The position numbers were made by a program, and so were the translations under genes. Source: an uncultured Gammaproteobacteria bacterium (GTDB lineage: Bacteria; Pseudomonadota; Gammaproteobacteria; JAKDMP01). From it: a stretch of 43,522 nucleotides of DNA. The notes beneath the pieces were generated by a model that was not told the DNA's origin, did not search any database, and saw only the letters and a program-made list of their open reading frames with translations. How positions within the stretch are numbered: position 1 is the first letter of the stretch; each line of letters starts with the position of its first letter. Below are positions 17,722-27,473 of this stretch, one piece after another. The stretch spans positions 3,572 to 47,093 of the forward strand of contig CAZKOE010000001.1 in assembly GCA_964554305.1 (NCBI GenBank). The letters run 5' to 3'.

Positions 17722-18591
17722 TCATTTCACGGCCCAATCCCCGGCGCGCAGAAACGGTTCCAGGCGCGTCAGCCGCGGATATTCCTCGCGCAGCGTATCG
17801 AGGTCTGCCTTGAAGCCGTCCGATTCAATCCAGCGATACATGATCGTGATTTCCGCGCCCGCTTGTTGTTCGAACGCGTCCCATGACAGCTGTACGTACT
17901 CGACCTTGCGGCCAATGACCCGGGCGAACGTCTCCGCCATTTCGGTCATCGTCAGCTCGTCGCCGGCGATCTCGATGGCCCGACCGATCCATTGGTCCGG
18001 ATTCGCAAAGGCCAATGCCGCGAAGGCCCCGATGTCGTCCACGGCAACCTGCTGAAACAGCGTGTGCGGATCAAGCGGCTGAGGGAATTGCCCGGCGATG
18101 ATCGCCTCCCTGAAATGCCTCCAGTTGTCCATGAAAGCGGCCGGGCGCAGAATGGTGGCGGGTAACCCGAGCTCGCGGATGTGGCTTTCAATCTGCCACT
18201 TGCTGTCGAAGTGCGGGACGCCCGACTCGCGTTCGGCGCCACCGACGGAACTATAGACAAAGTGTTTGACGGCCGCATCTCGAGCCGCCTCGGCAAATGC
18301 CTTGCCCTGACGAATTTCGCTTTCCAGGCTCGCGCCGCGGCTCTCCCAGTTCTGTACGCTGTAGGCGCCATACACCCCGTTCAATGCTCGATCGAGGCTT
18401 CCGCGATCGTCGAAGTTGCCGGCCACGGCCTCCGCGCCCCGGGCGACCAGTGCCCGGGCGGCTTCCTGTCCGGGATCGCGGGTAAGGATGCGCACCCGGA
18501 AACCCTTGTCGAGCAGATGCCGGGTGACGGCCCTGCCCTGTTGCCCGGTCGCACCGCTGACGAGTATGGTATGTGCTGCGGAATCAATCAT
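17722..18591 (-). CDS. NmrA-family NAD(P)-binding protein
   Basis: ILVSGATGQQGRAVTRHLLDKGFRVRILTRD plus NmrA-like length (289 aa). Its start overlaps the AKR stop by 8 nt. Confidence 0.85.
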   Translation of the reverse strand: MIDSAAHTILVSGATGQQGRAVTRHLLDKGFRVRILTRDPGQEAARALVARGAEAVAGNFDDRGSLDRALNGVYGAYSVQNWESRGASLESEIRQGKAFAEAARDAAVKHFVYSSVGGAERESGVPHFDSKWQIESHIRELGLPATILRPAAFMDNWRHFREAIIAGQFPQPLDPHTLFQQVAVDDIGAFAALAFANPDQWIGRAIEIAGDELTMTEMAETFARVIGRKVEYVQLSWDAFEQQAGAEITIMYRWIESDGFKADLDTLREEYPRLTRLEPFLRAGDWAVK

Positions 18592-19474
18592 GACTTTCCT
18601 CCTTGGCTGCGATGGAATCCAACTCTACAATGACTTCCGCCGGTAACCGTAACTCCGCCGCCAGCAAATTCTGGTGCAGGTGCGCAACCGACGAGGTGCC
18701 GGGGATCAAGAGAATGTTCGGCGAGCGTTGCAGCAGCCACGCCAATGCGACCTGCATCGGCGTGGCGTCGAGTCGGGCCGCGACTGAATTCAGTGTTTCG
18801 GACTGTAGCGGCGTGAACCCCCCGAGTGGGAAAAACGGTACGTAGGCGATGCCGTCGCGGGCAAGCTCGCCAATCAGGTCATCGTCATCGCGATGCGCCA
18901 GATTGTAATGGTTCTGCACGCAGGCAATATTGGCAATTTGACGCCCTTCGGCGACTTGGGTGGACGTGACGTTGCTCAAACCGACATGGCGCACCAGACC
19001 TTGCTGCTGCAGCTCGGCCAGTGTCGTCAGTGACTCCTCAATCGAGCCTTCCGTGGGTTTCTCACCAAACATGATCCGCAGGTTGACCACATCCAGGACG
19101 TTCAGTCCGAGGTTGTGCAGGTTGTCATGCACGGCCTGCTTCAACTCCTCAGGCGATGAGGCCGGCAGCCACGAGCCGTCCGCACCGCGCCGAGCGCCGA
19201 TTTTGGTCACGAGGTGCAAGTCTTCGGGATAAGGATGCAAGGCTTCCTTGATGATTTGGTTCGTAATGTGGGGGCCGTAGTAATCACAGGTGTCAATGTG
19301 ATTGACGCCCCGCTCCACTGCTTCACGCAGAATAGCCACGGCGGCCTTGCGGTCCTTCGGTGGCCCGAAGATGCCGGGGCCGGAAAGTTGCATGGCGCCG
19401 TAGCCCATGCGCTTCAGGGAGATGGAAGTGCCGGGCAGCGTGAATTCGCCACCGAGGTCGTTTCGATCAGTCAT
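18584..19474 (-). CDS. Aldo/keto reductase
   Basis: MGYGAMQLSGPGIFGPP...GVNHIDTCDYYGPH...HLVTKIG...VGLSNV. ATG 19474 with AGGAGA upstream; the ORF-track start at 19603 is non-homologous. Confidence 0.9.
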   Translation of the reverse strand: MTDRNDLGGEFTLPGTSISLKRMGYGAMQLSGPGIFGPPKDRKAAVAILREAVERGVNHIDTCDYYGPHITNQIIKEALHPYPEDLHLVTKIGARRGADGSWLPASSPEELKQAVHDNLHNLGLNVLDVVNLRIMFGEKPTEGSIEESLTTLAELQQQGLVRHVGLSNVTSTQVAEGRQIANIACVQNHYNLAHRDDDDLIGELARDGIAYVPFFPLGGFTPLQSETLNSVAARLDATPMQVALAWLLQRSPNILLIPGTSSVAHLHQNLLAAELRLPAEVIVELDSIAAKEESHD

Positions 19475-19517
19475 GGTATTGTCTCCTGTCTGTTGATGAA
19501 ATGAAAAAACACAAAGC

Positions 19518-19958
19518 CTACTGCCCCTCGGCTCCGAGTTGACGCAGAAAACTCCGGTAGTCGGTCCGCACCCACTCCTCGACGAGCCGGCCCCGATCGT
19601 CAACCCGGAAGATGTTGGACAAATCCCACACTACGCGCTGCCCATTGGGAGACAAGGGACCCGCCGGCGAATGCGTAAACTCACGGACGAATCTTCCTTC
19701 GATCCAGGTCTGGCAGGCCATATAATTGCTTTCGACGACGATGATTCCTCGACGAATCGAGCGATCATCGAAGGCCGCGCGTAGGGATTGGAAGTAGTCG
19801 GTGAGACCGGCATAGTCCGCCTCGAACCCGTCCGGGCCGTGGAAGCGAAATTGGCGGGTGTCAAAGTACGAATCGGCCTCGGCCTGATTCTCACCCGAAA
19901 CCTCCAGTTCCCCCGCCCTTTTCAAACGAGCAACAAGCTCATCGCGTGTCAGAGTCAT
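19518..19958 (-). CDS. SnoaL-like / ester cyclase (NTF2-fold) protein
   Basis: FRFHGPDG...YFQSLRAAFDDRSI...VWDLSNIFRVDDRGRLVEEWVRTDYRSFLRQLG is the ester-cyclase pattern. ATG 19958 with GGAGAA upstream. Confidence 0.75.
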   Translation of the reverse strand: MTLTRDELVARLKRAGELEVSGENQAEADSYFDTRQFRFHGPDGFEADYAGLTDYFQSLRAAFDDRSIRRGIIVVESNYMACQTWIEGRFVREFTHSPAGPLSPNGQRVVWDLSNIFRVDDRGRLVEEWVRTDYRSFLRQLGAEGQ

Positions 19959-20003
19959 ATCTTTTCTCCGTTGGCAAACAATGGGTACGTGAGATGAGAG
20001 CAT

Positions 20004-20762
20004 TCACCATGGGATCGGCCCGTCTTCATTGGAGAACGTACCCGTCGGGCCGTCATTGCCGAGGAGCGCGAGGCGCACGGGTTCACGGGCGGCCTGTTGT
20101 ACGGTGCGTTCCCCAAGGAAGTTGTTGAGGTCCGTTGCCGTGAAGCCGGGACACGCAGCGTTAACTTTGATCGGGGTCGCTTCGAGCTCGATGGCGAAGG
20201 CCAGCGTGACCGCATTGAGAGCGGTTTTAGATGCGCTGTAGCCGGGCCCGAAAAGCGCGCGCGGCGGAAAATTCGGATCCGCGTTCAGAGTCAGCGAGCC
20301 GACGCCGCTCGATACGTTGACGATGCGTCCTGCCGGCGCTTCGCGCAGCAGCGGCAGCATCGCCTGGGTGACGGCGATGACGCCGAACACGTTCGTTTCG
20401 AACACTGCGCGCACCTCGTCGAGGGAGATGACGCTCGCGCGGCCCAACTTCGTGGCGTCTTCGAGCGTCCAGTCCGGCTTGAGCTCGACGGCATGCGAGA
20501 TGCCCGCATTGTTCACGAGCACGTCGAGGCCGCCGAACTCGTTCCCGATGCGCGCCGCCGCGGCGGCGATGGACGCCTGATCGGTGACATCGAGCTGGAT
20601 TGCATGCACATCTGGTCCGATGCTCTTGGCGGCCTCCTCACCTCGTTCGAGGTTGCGCGACCCGATGAGAACGGTCAGAGCATGCCCCGCGAGGTCCCTC
20701 GCAATTTGAAGCCCGATTCCCTTGTTGGCCCCGGTAACCAGAGCGATGGGTTGATTTTGCAT
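20004..20762 (-). CDS. Classical short-chain dehydrogenase/reductase
   Basis: ALVTGANKGIG, LVNNAGI, YSASK. AGGAGA RBS. Confidence 0.9.
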   Translation of the reverse strand: MQNQPIALVTGANKGIGLQIARDLAGHALTVLIGSRNLERGEEAAKSIGPDVHAIQLDVTDQASIAAAAARIGNEFGGLDVLVNNAGISHAVELKPDWTLEDATKLGRASVISLDEVRAVFETNVFGVIAVTQAMLPLLREAPAGRIVNVSSGVGSLTLNADPNFPPRALFGPGYSASKTALNAVTLAFAIELEATPIKVNAACPGFTATDLNNFLGERTVQQAAREPVRLALLGNDGPTGTFSNEDGPIPW

Positions 20763-20801
20763 AATAATCTCCTTTCAGTGTTCAGGGTTGGAAAATAGCG
20801 A

Positions 20802-20947
20802 TCAGGACTCGAAGTAGGCCCTTTCTCGAGGTCGGCGATGAGCCCGGGCTGCTGTGGTTGCCAGCCGAATCGCTTTTGGGTGACAGCGTTGGAGGCGGGG
20901 GCATCGAGCTGGACGAAGGCAGCCAACCAGGTGAAGTGACCTTCCAC
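20802..20947 (-). pseudogene. 3' remnant (~50 codons) of an epimerase-like SDR paralogous to 26539..27432
   Basis: EGHFTWLAAFVQLDAPASNAVTQKRFGWQPQQPGLIADLE aligns with [40 protein letters not shown] of the intact paralog. The expected YFES-stop ending is present, but one frame off. Confidence 0.6.
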
Positions 20948-20957
20948 ATTCCAGTGC

Positions 20958-23900
20958 TCAAACGGGATTTTTCGTCACTGCGGAACGTCGACCGCGTCGG
21001 CGCTCCAGCAGGGTCCGAATGACGAAGTAAAACACCGGCGTGAAGAGCAAACCGAAGAAGGTTACTCCCAGCATGCCGTAAAACACGGCAACGCCCATCG
21101 CATGGCGCATTTCGGCGCCGGCGCCTTGTGCGAGCACCAGGGGCACGACGCCCATGATGAACGCGATCGAGGTCATCAGGATCGGGCGCAGCCGCAGGCG
21201 CGCGGCATCCAGTACGGCTTTCAAGCGATTGGCGCCTTGCGCCTGTCGTTCGCGCGCGAACTCCACGATCAGGATCGCGTTCTTGCAGGCCAGGCCGACC
21301 AACACCAGCAGGCCGATGCGGGTGAAGATGTTGTTGTCGCCCCCGGTCAGCCAGACCCCTGCCAACGCGGACAGGAGGCCCATCGGCACGATAAGAACGA
21401 CGGCGAGCGGCAGCGACCAGCTCTCGTACAGGGCCGCCAATACCAGAAACACCAGCAGCACACAAAGCGGAAATACGTAGATCGCGTCATTGCCGGCGAG
21501 CACGCGCTGATAGGCGAGACCGGTCCATTCAAAACTCATGCCGTTGGACAGGTGTTCGTCGGCGAGCTTTTCCATCGTGGCCTGCGCCTGCCCGGTACTG
21601 TAACCGGGCGCCGGGCCGCCGTTGATCGCCGCGGTCACGTAACCGTTGTAATGCATGACACGGGCCGGCCCGGTCATTCTTTGCACCGTTGCAAAGGATC
21701 CCAACGGCACCAGTTCGCCTGCGGCGTTTCGCGTCTTGAGTTGCGTGATGTCGGTCAGACCGCTGCGGAACCGGGGTTCGGCGGACACGTTGACTTGGTA
21801 GGTGCGCCCGAACAAGTTGAAGTCGTTCACGTAAAACGAGCCAAGGTAAGCCTGCATGGTCTGGAAGGCATCGGACAGATTGACACCTTCCAGTTTGGCC
21901 TTTTCCCGATCTACCTTCACGTCAATCTGTGGCACATTGATTTGGTAGCTCGAAAAGAGCCCGGCGAGCGCCGGCGTCTGGCGCGCGGCGGCAAGCAACC
22001 CGTGGAGTTGCTTGTTCAACGGCTTGAATCCTGCCTGCGAACGATCCTCGACTTGCATGCGAAAACCGCCGATGGTGCCCAAGCCCTGGACTGGCGGCGG
22101 CGGGAATACCGCGATATACGCGCCCTGGATTTGGGAAAACTTGCGGTTCAGCGCACCGGCAATGGCTTTTGCGGACAAGGAGGGTGTATCGCGTTTATCG
22201 AACGGCGCCAATGTGATGAACACGATTCCCGCGCTCGAACTGTTGGTGAAGCCGTTGATGGATAGTCCGGGGAAAGCGATTGCATCCTTGACGCCCGGCT
22301 GATCGAGGGCGATGCCGGACATCTTTTTGATAACCGCTTCGGTGCGGTCCAGCGACGAGGCTGGCGGCAACTGCGCAAACGACACCAGATACTCTTTGTC
22401 CTGCTGTGGAACGAATCCGGTGGGCACGGTGTTGAAGCCCAACCACGTGAGGCCAAGAAGACCTGCAAACACAAAAAGTGAAATACCGGAGAAGCGCAGT
22501 GCCCGCCGAACTCCCCCGACGTAGTGCGTGGCTCCCGCGGCAAAGAGCCGATTGAACGGCCTGAAAAACCAACCGAACGCCCAGTCCATCCACCGGGTCA
22601 GGCGATCCTTGGGCATGTCGTCGCTTCTCAGCAAAATGGCCGCTAATGCCGGGCTGACGGTCAGCGAATTGAAGGCGGAGATAACCGTCGAGATCGCGAT
22701 GGTCAGCGCAAACTGCCGATAGAACTGCCCGGTCAGGCCGCCCATGAATGCAACCGGCACGAAGACGGCGCACAAGACGAGCGCCGTTGCGACGATCGGG
22801 CCCGTCACCTCGCGCATGGCCTTGCGCGTCGCCTCTTTCGGCGCGAGCCCTTCGGCGATGTTGCGCTGGACGTTTTCGACCACGACGATGGCATCGTCCA
22901 CGACAATGCCGATCGCCAGCACCAGCCCGAACAGCGAGAGCGAATTGAGACTGAATCCGAGCAGCTTCATGACGGCGAAGGTGCCGATGAGCGAAACGGG
23001 CACGGATACCAGCGGTATGATCGAGGCGCGCCAGGTCTGTAAAAACAGGATCACCACCAGCACGACGAGCGCGATTGCTTCCAGCAACGTATGGAGCACC
23101 GCCTCGATGGAGCTTTTGACGAAGGTGGTAGTGTCGTAAACGATGCGGTAATCCACGCCCTCGGGGAACGACTTTTTCAATCGTGCCATGGTGGAGCGCA
23201 CCTGTTTCGAGATTTGCAGGGCATTCGAGCCCGGTCTCTGGAAAATGCCGATACCGACCGCTTCCTTGTTGTTCAGAAGACTTCGCAGGGCATAACTGTT
23301 CGCCCCCAACTCGACGCGGGCGACATCGTTCAGGTGAACGACACCACCGTCGGGGCCGGTGCCGACGATGATGTGGCGAAAACTTTCGGCGTCGGAAAGG
23401 CGACCCTTGACGTTGATCAGAAGCTTGAAGTCGGCCCCGTTGCGAGCGGGCGCCGCATTGAGCGAACCGGCGGCGACGGCCGTATTCTGTTCCTTGATGG
23501 CGCTGATTACGTCACCCGTCGTCAAGCCTCGCGCCGCAAGCTTGTCCGGATCTAGCCACACCCGCATGCTGTAGCTGCCGGCGCCGAATACCTGTGCATC
23601 GCCCACGCCTTTCAATCTCAGCAATTGATCCCGCACCCGAAGCCGTGCGTAGTTCGCAAGGAACAACATATCCTTGCTGCCGTCGGGCGAGACCAGATGC
23701 ACCACCATGATGAGGTTGGGCGAACTTTTTTTCGTGGTAACGCCCAGTCGTTGTACCTCTTCAGGCAAACGCGGCAGCGCCTGGGCGACGCGGTTTTGCA
23801 CCTCCACCTGGGCCTTGTCGAGGTTCGTCCCCACGGCAAAGGTGACCGTCAGGGTCATGCGCCCGTCGCTGGTTGACTGCGAGGAGGTGTAAAGCATGTT

Positions 23901-24125
23901 CTCGATGCCGTTGATCTGGGTTTCCAGCGGCGTGGCGACGGTTTGCGCGATTACCTTCGGATTGGCGCCGGGATAGTTGGCCGTCACCACGATCGTGGGC
24001 GGCACTACCTGGGGATATTCGCTGATCGGCAATGTCGGCAGGGCAATCAGCCCGCACAACACGATGATCAACGAAAGCACGGCTGCCTGAATGGGGCGTC
24101 CGATGAAATATTGAGCAATCTTCAT
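20958..24125 (-). CDS. RND multidrug efflux permease (AcrB/MexB-type, HAE1)
   Basis: 1055 aa. MKIAQYFIGRPIQAAVLSLIIVLCGLIALPTLPISEYPQVVPPTIVV, with the conserved TM4 region VLAIGIVVDDAIVVVENV. Confidence 0.95.
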   Translation of the reverse strand: MKIAQYFIGRPIQAAVLSLIIVLCGLIALPTLPISEYPQVVPPTIVVTANYPGANPKVIAQTVATPLETQINGIENMLYTSSQSTSDGRMTLTVTFAVGTNLDKAQVEVQNRVAQALPRLPEEVQRLGVTTKKSSPNLIMVVHLVSPDGSKDMLFLANYARLRVRDQLLRLKGVGDAQVFGAGSYSMRVWLDPDKLAARGLTTGDVISAIKEQNTAVAAGSLNAAPARNGADFKLLINVKGRLSDAESFRHIIVGTGPDGGVVHLNDVARVELGANSYALRSLLNNKEAVGIGIFQRPGSNALQISKQVRSTMARLKKSFPEGVDYRIVYDTTTFVKSSIEAVLHTLLEAIALVVLVVILFLQTWRASIIPLVSVPVSLIGTFAVMKLLGFSLNSLSLFGLVLAIGIVVDDAIVVVENVQRNIAEGLAPKEATRKAMREVTGPIVATALVLCAVFVPVAFMGGLTGQFYRQFALTIAISTVISAFNSLTVSPALAAILLRSDDMPKDRLTRWMDWAFGWFFRPFNRLFAAGATHYVGGVRRALRFSGISLFVFAGLLGLTWLGFNTVPTGFVPQQDKEYLVSFAQLPPASSLDRTEAVIKKMSGIALDQPGVKDAIAFPGLSINGFTNSSSAGIVFITLAPFDKRDTPSLSAKAIAGALNRKFSQIQGAYIAVFPPPPVQGLGTIGGFRMQVEDRSQAGFKPLNKQLHGLLAAARQTPALAGLFSSYQINVPQIDVKVDREKAKLEGVNLSDAFQTMQAYLGSFYVNDFNLFGRTYQVNVSAEPRFRSGLTDITQLKTRNAAGELVPLGSFATVQRMTGPARVMHYNGYVTAAINGGPAPGYSTGQAQATMEKLADEHLSNGMSFEWTGLAYQRVLAGNDAIYVFPLCVLLVFLVLAALYESWSLPLAVVLIVPMGLLSALAGVWLTGGDNNIFTRIGLLVLVGLACKNAILIVEFARERQAQGANRLKAVLDAARLRLRPILMTSIAFIMGVVPLVLAQGAGAEMRHAMGVAVFYGMLGVTFFGLLFTPVFYFVIRTLLERRRGRRSAVTKNPV

Positions 24126-24164
24126 GAGTCAATCCTGATTGCGTAATGCAAGTTGCGCATCGTG

Positions 24165-25367
24165 TCAAGAAGGGGCAGAGTTTTTCGCCAGAGAATGTTT
24201 GGAATCATTGTCCTGATGGCCCATGGCCACGCGCGTGGCATTCACTTTCATGCCGGGGCGTACGTGTTGCAGTCCGTTGACGACGATCACGTCGCCGGGC
24301 TTGAGTCCTTTACGGACGACCCTCAGTCCATGAAGCAAGGGACCGAGCTTCACATTTCGGGATTGAATCTTTCCGTTCTTGCCCACGACGTAAACGTAGC
24401 GGCTGTTCAGCGAAGAGCCGACCGCCTGATCGTCAATCAGTACGCGTGAATGGGCATGGCCCACGGGCAACTCGATACGAGCATACAAGCCCGGCGTCAA
24501 TTCACCATCTTTGTTGGCGAAGACGGCGCGCAGTTCGATCGTTCCGGTGCCGTCATGCAATTGGTTGCCTACATAGTCCAGTCGTCCCGTGTGTGGAAAG
24601 CCCTGCTCGTCGGCAAGCCCCATGGTTACAGGTATGGAGGCTTTACCTGCATTTAACAGACCCGAGTGCAACAGATTTAAATAACTGTGCTCGTCGATAT
24701 TGAAATTCACGTAAACCGGCGAGGTCGTGACCACCGTCGTCAACACATCGTTGCTAGTGACCAGATTGCCGGGTGTGATGAGCGCTTTGCCGATGCGGCC
24801 ATTGATGGGTGAGCGCACCTGGGTAAAGCCTAGCCGCAGACGTGCCGCATTAAGCGCGGCTTTTGCCGCCTGTACCAACGCCCGGGAGCTCTTGGCTTTC
24901 GTTTCCAGGGTCTGTGCCTGCTTGCGGGAGATCACCCCCTTGCCGATCAGTTTCCGGGCGCGCTTTGCGTTGTCTTCGTCCAGATTCAGTTGCGCTTTCG
25001 CCTGCGTCAGCTTGGCCTCAAGCTGAGTCACATCGTCCTGGTAGGGGCGGGGATCGATCTGAAACAGCAGCTCACCCTTATTGACAAGATCTCCTTCCTG
25101 GAAGTGTATGGATTCGATGTAGCCGTCAACGCGCGGTCTCAGTTTGACGGTATTAACCGCTTCGATATGCCCGCTGAATTCGCGTGACGGCTGAACGGGA
25201 CGGACGATTACCTGGGCCACCGTTACCTCGGGAAGAATCGGCGGCGTCACGTGTTTTTTGCCTGAAGCCTGTGTGGCGACCACGATGACGGTAGCCAGTA
25301 CGGCCAAGGCCGCTATCGCTATAGTCCAACGAATTTTATGCATGTTCTTAATGTCACTCCTTGCCAT
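24165..25367 (-). CDS. RND efflux periplasmic adaptor (MFP)
   Basis: 400 aa with an N-terminal signal/anchor, a coiled-coil hairpin (LEAKLTQAKAQLNLDEDNAKRARKL) and beta-barrel motifs. It lies 39 nt upstream of the pump gene. An alternative ATG lies at 25343. Confidence 0.9.
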   Translation of the reverse strand: MARSDIKNMHKIRWTIAIAALAVLATVIVVATQASGKKHVTPPILPEVTVAQVIVRPVQPSREFSGHIEAVNTVKLRPRVDGYIESIHFQEGDLVNKGELLFQIDPRPYQDDVTQLEAKLTQAKAQLNLDEDNAKRARKLIGKGVISRKQAQTLETKAKSSRALVQAAKAALNAARLRLGFTQVRSPINGRIGKALITPGNLVTSNDVLTTVVTTSPVYVNFNIDEHSYLNLLHSGLLNAGKASIPVTMGLADEQGFPHTGRLDYVGNQLHDGTGTIELRAVFANKDGELTPGLYARIELPVGHAHSRVLIDDQAVGSSLNSRYVYVVGKNGKIQSRNVKLGPLLHGLRVVRKGLKPGDVIVVNGLQHVRPGMKVNATRVAMGHQDNDSKHSLAKNSAPS

Positions 25368-25395
25368 GCTTTGTTACTCCTGTGTACAGAGACAT

Positions 25396-26484
25396 TCAGG
25401 CGGCTCGGGCCTGCAAAAATGGATAATCTGTGTAGCCTCGCGGACCTCCCTGGTAGAACGTTGCCGTATCGGCTTCGACGGGCAGCAAGCCGAGCCGGAG
25501 GCGTTCCGGCAGATCCGGGTTGGAAATGAACGGTATGCCGAAGGCGATCAGATCGGCGTCACCGGCGGCGATCGCCGCATTGCCGCGTTCGCGGTCGTAG
25601 CCGTTGTTGGCGATGAGCGTGCCGCGATAGACCGTGCGATAGTGCGCAATCAACCCTTCGGGAAAATACTTGGCGGCCGGCGCATTGCCGGGGGCATCGA
25701 GCAGATGCAGATAGGCCAGCCCGAGGTCGTCCAGCACGCCGATGACAAAGTCGTAAAGTGCCACGATGTCGCCGTCCGCCGGCGCGTTGGCGGGGGATAG
25801 ACGCACGCCGATTTTCTCGCTGCCAATGGCCTGCGCGATGCCTTCCACGATTTCGAACAGGAAACGGGCGCGGTTGGCAACGCTGCCGCCGTAGCGATCC
25901 GTTCGCCGATTGCTCGAAGCGCGCAGGAACTGCTCGATCAGGTAGCCGTTGGCGCCGTGAAGTTCCACGCCGTCGAAGCCCGCCGCGATGGCGTTTTTCG
26001 CCGCCTGCACGAAGTCCGCGACGATGCCGGGAATCTCGGCGGTTTCGAGTGCCCGCGGCGTGACTGTCGACTGCCAGCCCTCCGCGGTGAAACTCATGGA
26101 CTCGGGGTTGATCGCCGAGGGCGCGACCGGCAACTCGCCAGCGTGAAAATCGGGATGCGAGACGCGTCCGACGTGCCAGAGCTGCGCGAATATCCGCCCG
26201 CCCGCCTCGTGGACGGCTTGCGTCACCTTGCTCCAGCCGGCGATTTGCGCGGCGGAGTGAATGCCGGGGGTGTGGATGTAGCCGATGCCTTGCGGAGAGA
26301 CTTGCGTCGCTTCCGAAACGATCAAACCGGCAGTAGCCCGCTGGGCGTAGTATTCGACGTGTAAATCCGTCGGAGTATGGCCCGGGTTGACGGCCCGCGA
26401 TCGGGTCATGGGCGCCATGACGATCCGGTTCTTCAATTGGTACGGGCCAAGTCGTACGCTTTGTAACAAGGGTTGGTTAGACAT
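25396..26484 (-). CDS. Old Yellow Enzyme family alkene reductase (NemA-like); copy 1
   Basis: VMAPMTRSRA, SEATQVSPQGIGY, LHGANGYLIEQFL, NRRTDRYGGS and GYTDYP run collinear with E. coli NemA as I remember it. Confidence 0.9.
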   Translation of the reverse strand: MSNQPLLQSVRLGPYQLKNRIVMAPMTRSRAVNPGHTPTDLHVEYYAQRATAGLIVSEATQVSPQGIGYIHTPGIHSAAQIAGWSKVTQAVHEAGGRIFAQLWHVGRVSHPDFHAGELPVAPSAINPESMSFTAEGWQSTVTPRALETAEIPGIVADFVQAAKNAIAAGFDGVELHGANGYLIEQFLRASSNRRTDRYGGSVANRARFLFEIVEGIAQAIGSEKIGVRLSPANAPADGDIVALYDFVIGVLDDLGLAYLHLLDAPGNAPAAKYFPEGLIAHYRTVYRGTLIANNGYDRERGNAAIAAGDADLIAFGIPFISNPDLPERLRLGLLPVEADTATFYQGGPRGYTDYPFLQARAA

Positions 26485-26538
26485 GTTGCCTCCTGTAAAT
26501 CTCTGTGTTGTGTATCGTGTGTGGATTGGAAATTTCTG

Positions 26539-27432
26539 TCAGGATTTGAAGTAGTGTTCTGCATCGAGGTCGGCGAGCAGTCCAGGCTGCGTTGGTTGCC
26601 AACCCAACGAGACTCGGGTTTTCTCGCTTGTTGCGTGCGTGTCCATTGCCGCGAACGGCGCGAACCAGCCGAAGTGCTCGGCGGCATCCTCGGGGTTCAC
26701 GCTCACGACGGGAACGTTCAGGTGCCGGCCAATCACGCTCGCGATGTCCTTGAGCGCGACGCCTTCGTCGCCCACTGCGTGATAGCGGTCGCCGGCGGAA
26801 CCTTTCTCGATGGCCAATCGGTAGAGGCGGGCGGCATCGAGTCGGTGCACGGCGGACCAGCGATTCATCCCGTCTCCGACATAGGCCGAGACGCCCTTCT
26901 CGCGGGCGAGTCCGATGAGAAGGGGAACGAAGGCGTGGTCGCCCGCTCCATGGACGGATGAAGGCAGGCGGACTACCGATGTCCGTACTCCGCGATCAGC
27001 CAAGGCGGCTGCGGCCGCTTCCGAAGCGCGCGGGTAGGAAGGTGAAACGGGCGGCGGCACGTCGTCCTCGACCGCTGCGCGGCCTTGCGCCAGCAGCGCG
27101 AGGCCGTGGGTGACCAGCAACGGGCGATCGGAACCCGCAAGCTCCGCGCCCAGCGCCTCGATGGCGCGCCGGTCCAGTTCGCTGTTTTCCGCGAACTTCG
27201 AGAAATCGTGATTGAAGCCAAGATGGATGACACCGTCTGTGCTCGCGGCCGCCTTTTTCAGGCCATCCAAGTCTTCGAGCGCTCCACGGAACACCTCGGC
27301 ACCGGTAGCTGCCAGAGACTCGGCTTTCTCGTCAGAGCGGGCGAGGCCAAGCACCTGGTGTCCAGCAGCGAGCAATTCCTTGACGACGGCCGAGCCGATG
27401 AATCCGGTGGCACCTGTTACAAAAATACGCAT
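26539..27432 (-). CDS. Atypical/extended SDR, NAD-dependent epimerase-like (intact copy)
   Basis: [36 protein letters not shown] 27432 with GGAGG upstream; the ORF-track start at 27477 adds 15 residues. Confidence 0.85.
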   Translation of the reverse strand: MRIFVTGATGFIGSAVVKELLAAGHQVLGLARSDEKAESLAATGAEVFRGALEDLDGLKKAAASTDGVIHLGFNHDFSKFAENSELDRRAIEALGAELAGSDRPLLVTHGLALLAQGRAAVEDDVPPPVSPSYPRASEAAAAALADRGVRTSVVRLPSSVHGAGDHAFVPLLIGLAREKGVSAYVGDGMNRWSAVHRLDAARLYRLAIEKGSAGDRYHAVGDEGVALKDIASVIGRHLNVPVVSVNPEDAAEHFGWFAPFAAMDTHATSEKTRVSLGWQPTQPGLLADLDAEHYFKS

Positions 27433-27473
27433 GAAATAACCTCCAAGGTCGAGAGAAAAAGTTCGAATCGAAG

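Noticed and set aside
21102-22265. A 387-aa plus-strand ORF inside the RND pump gene.
   Set aside because: It is antisense to a 1055-aa pump with clear AcrB features, so it is a shadow ORF.
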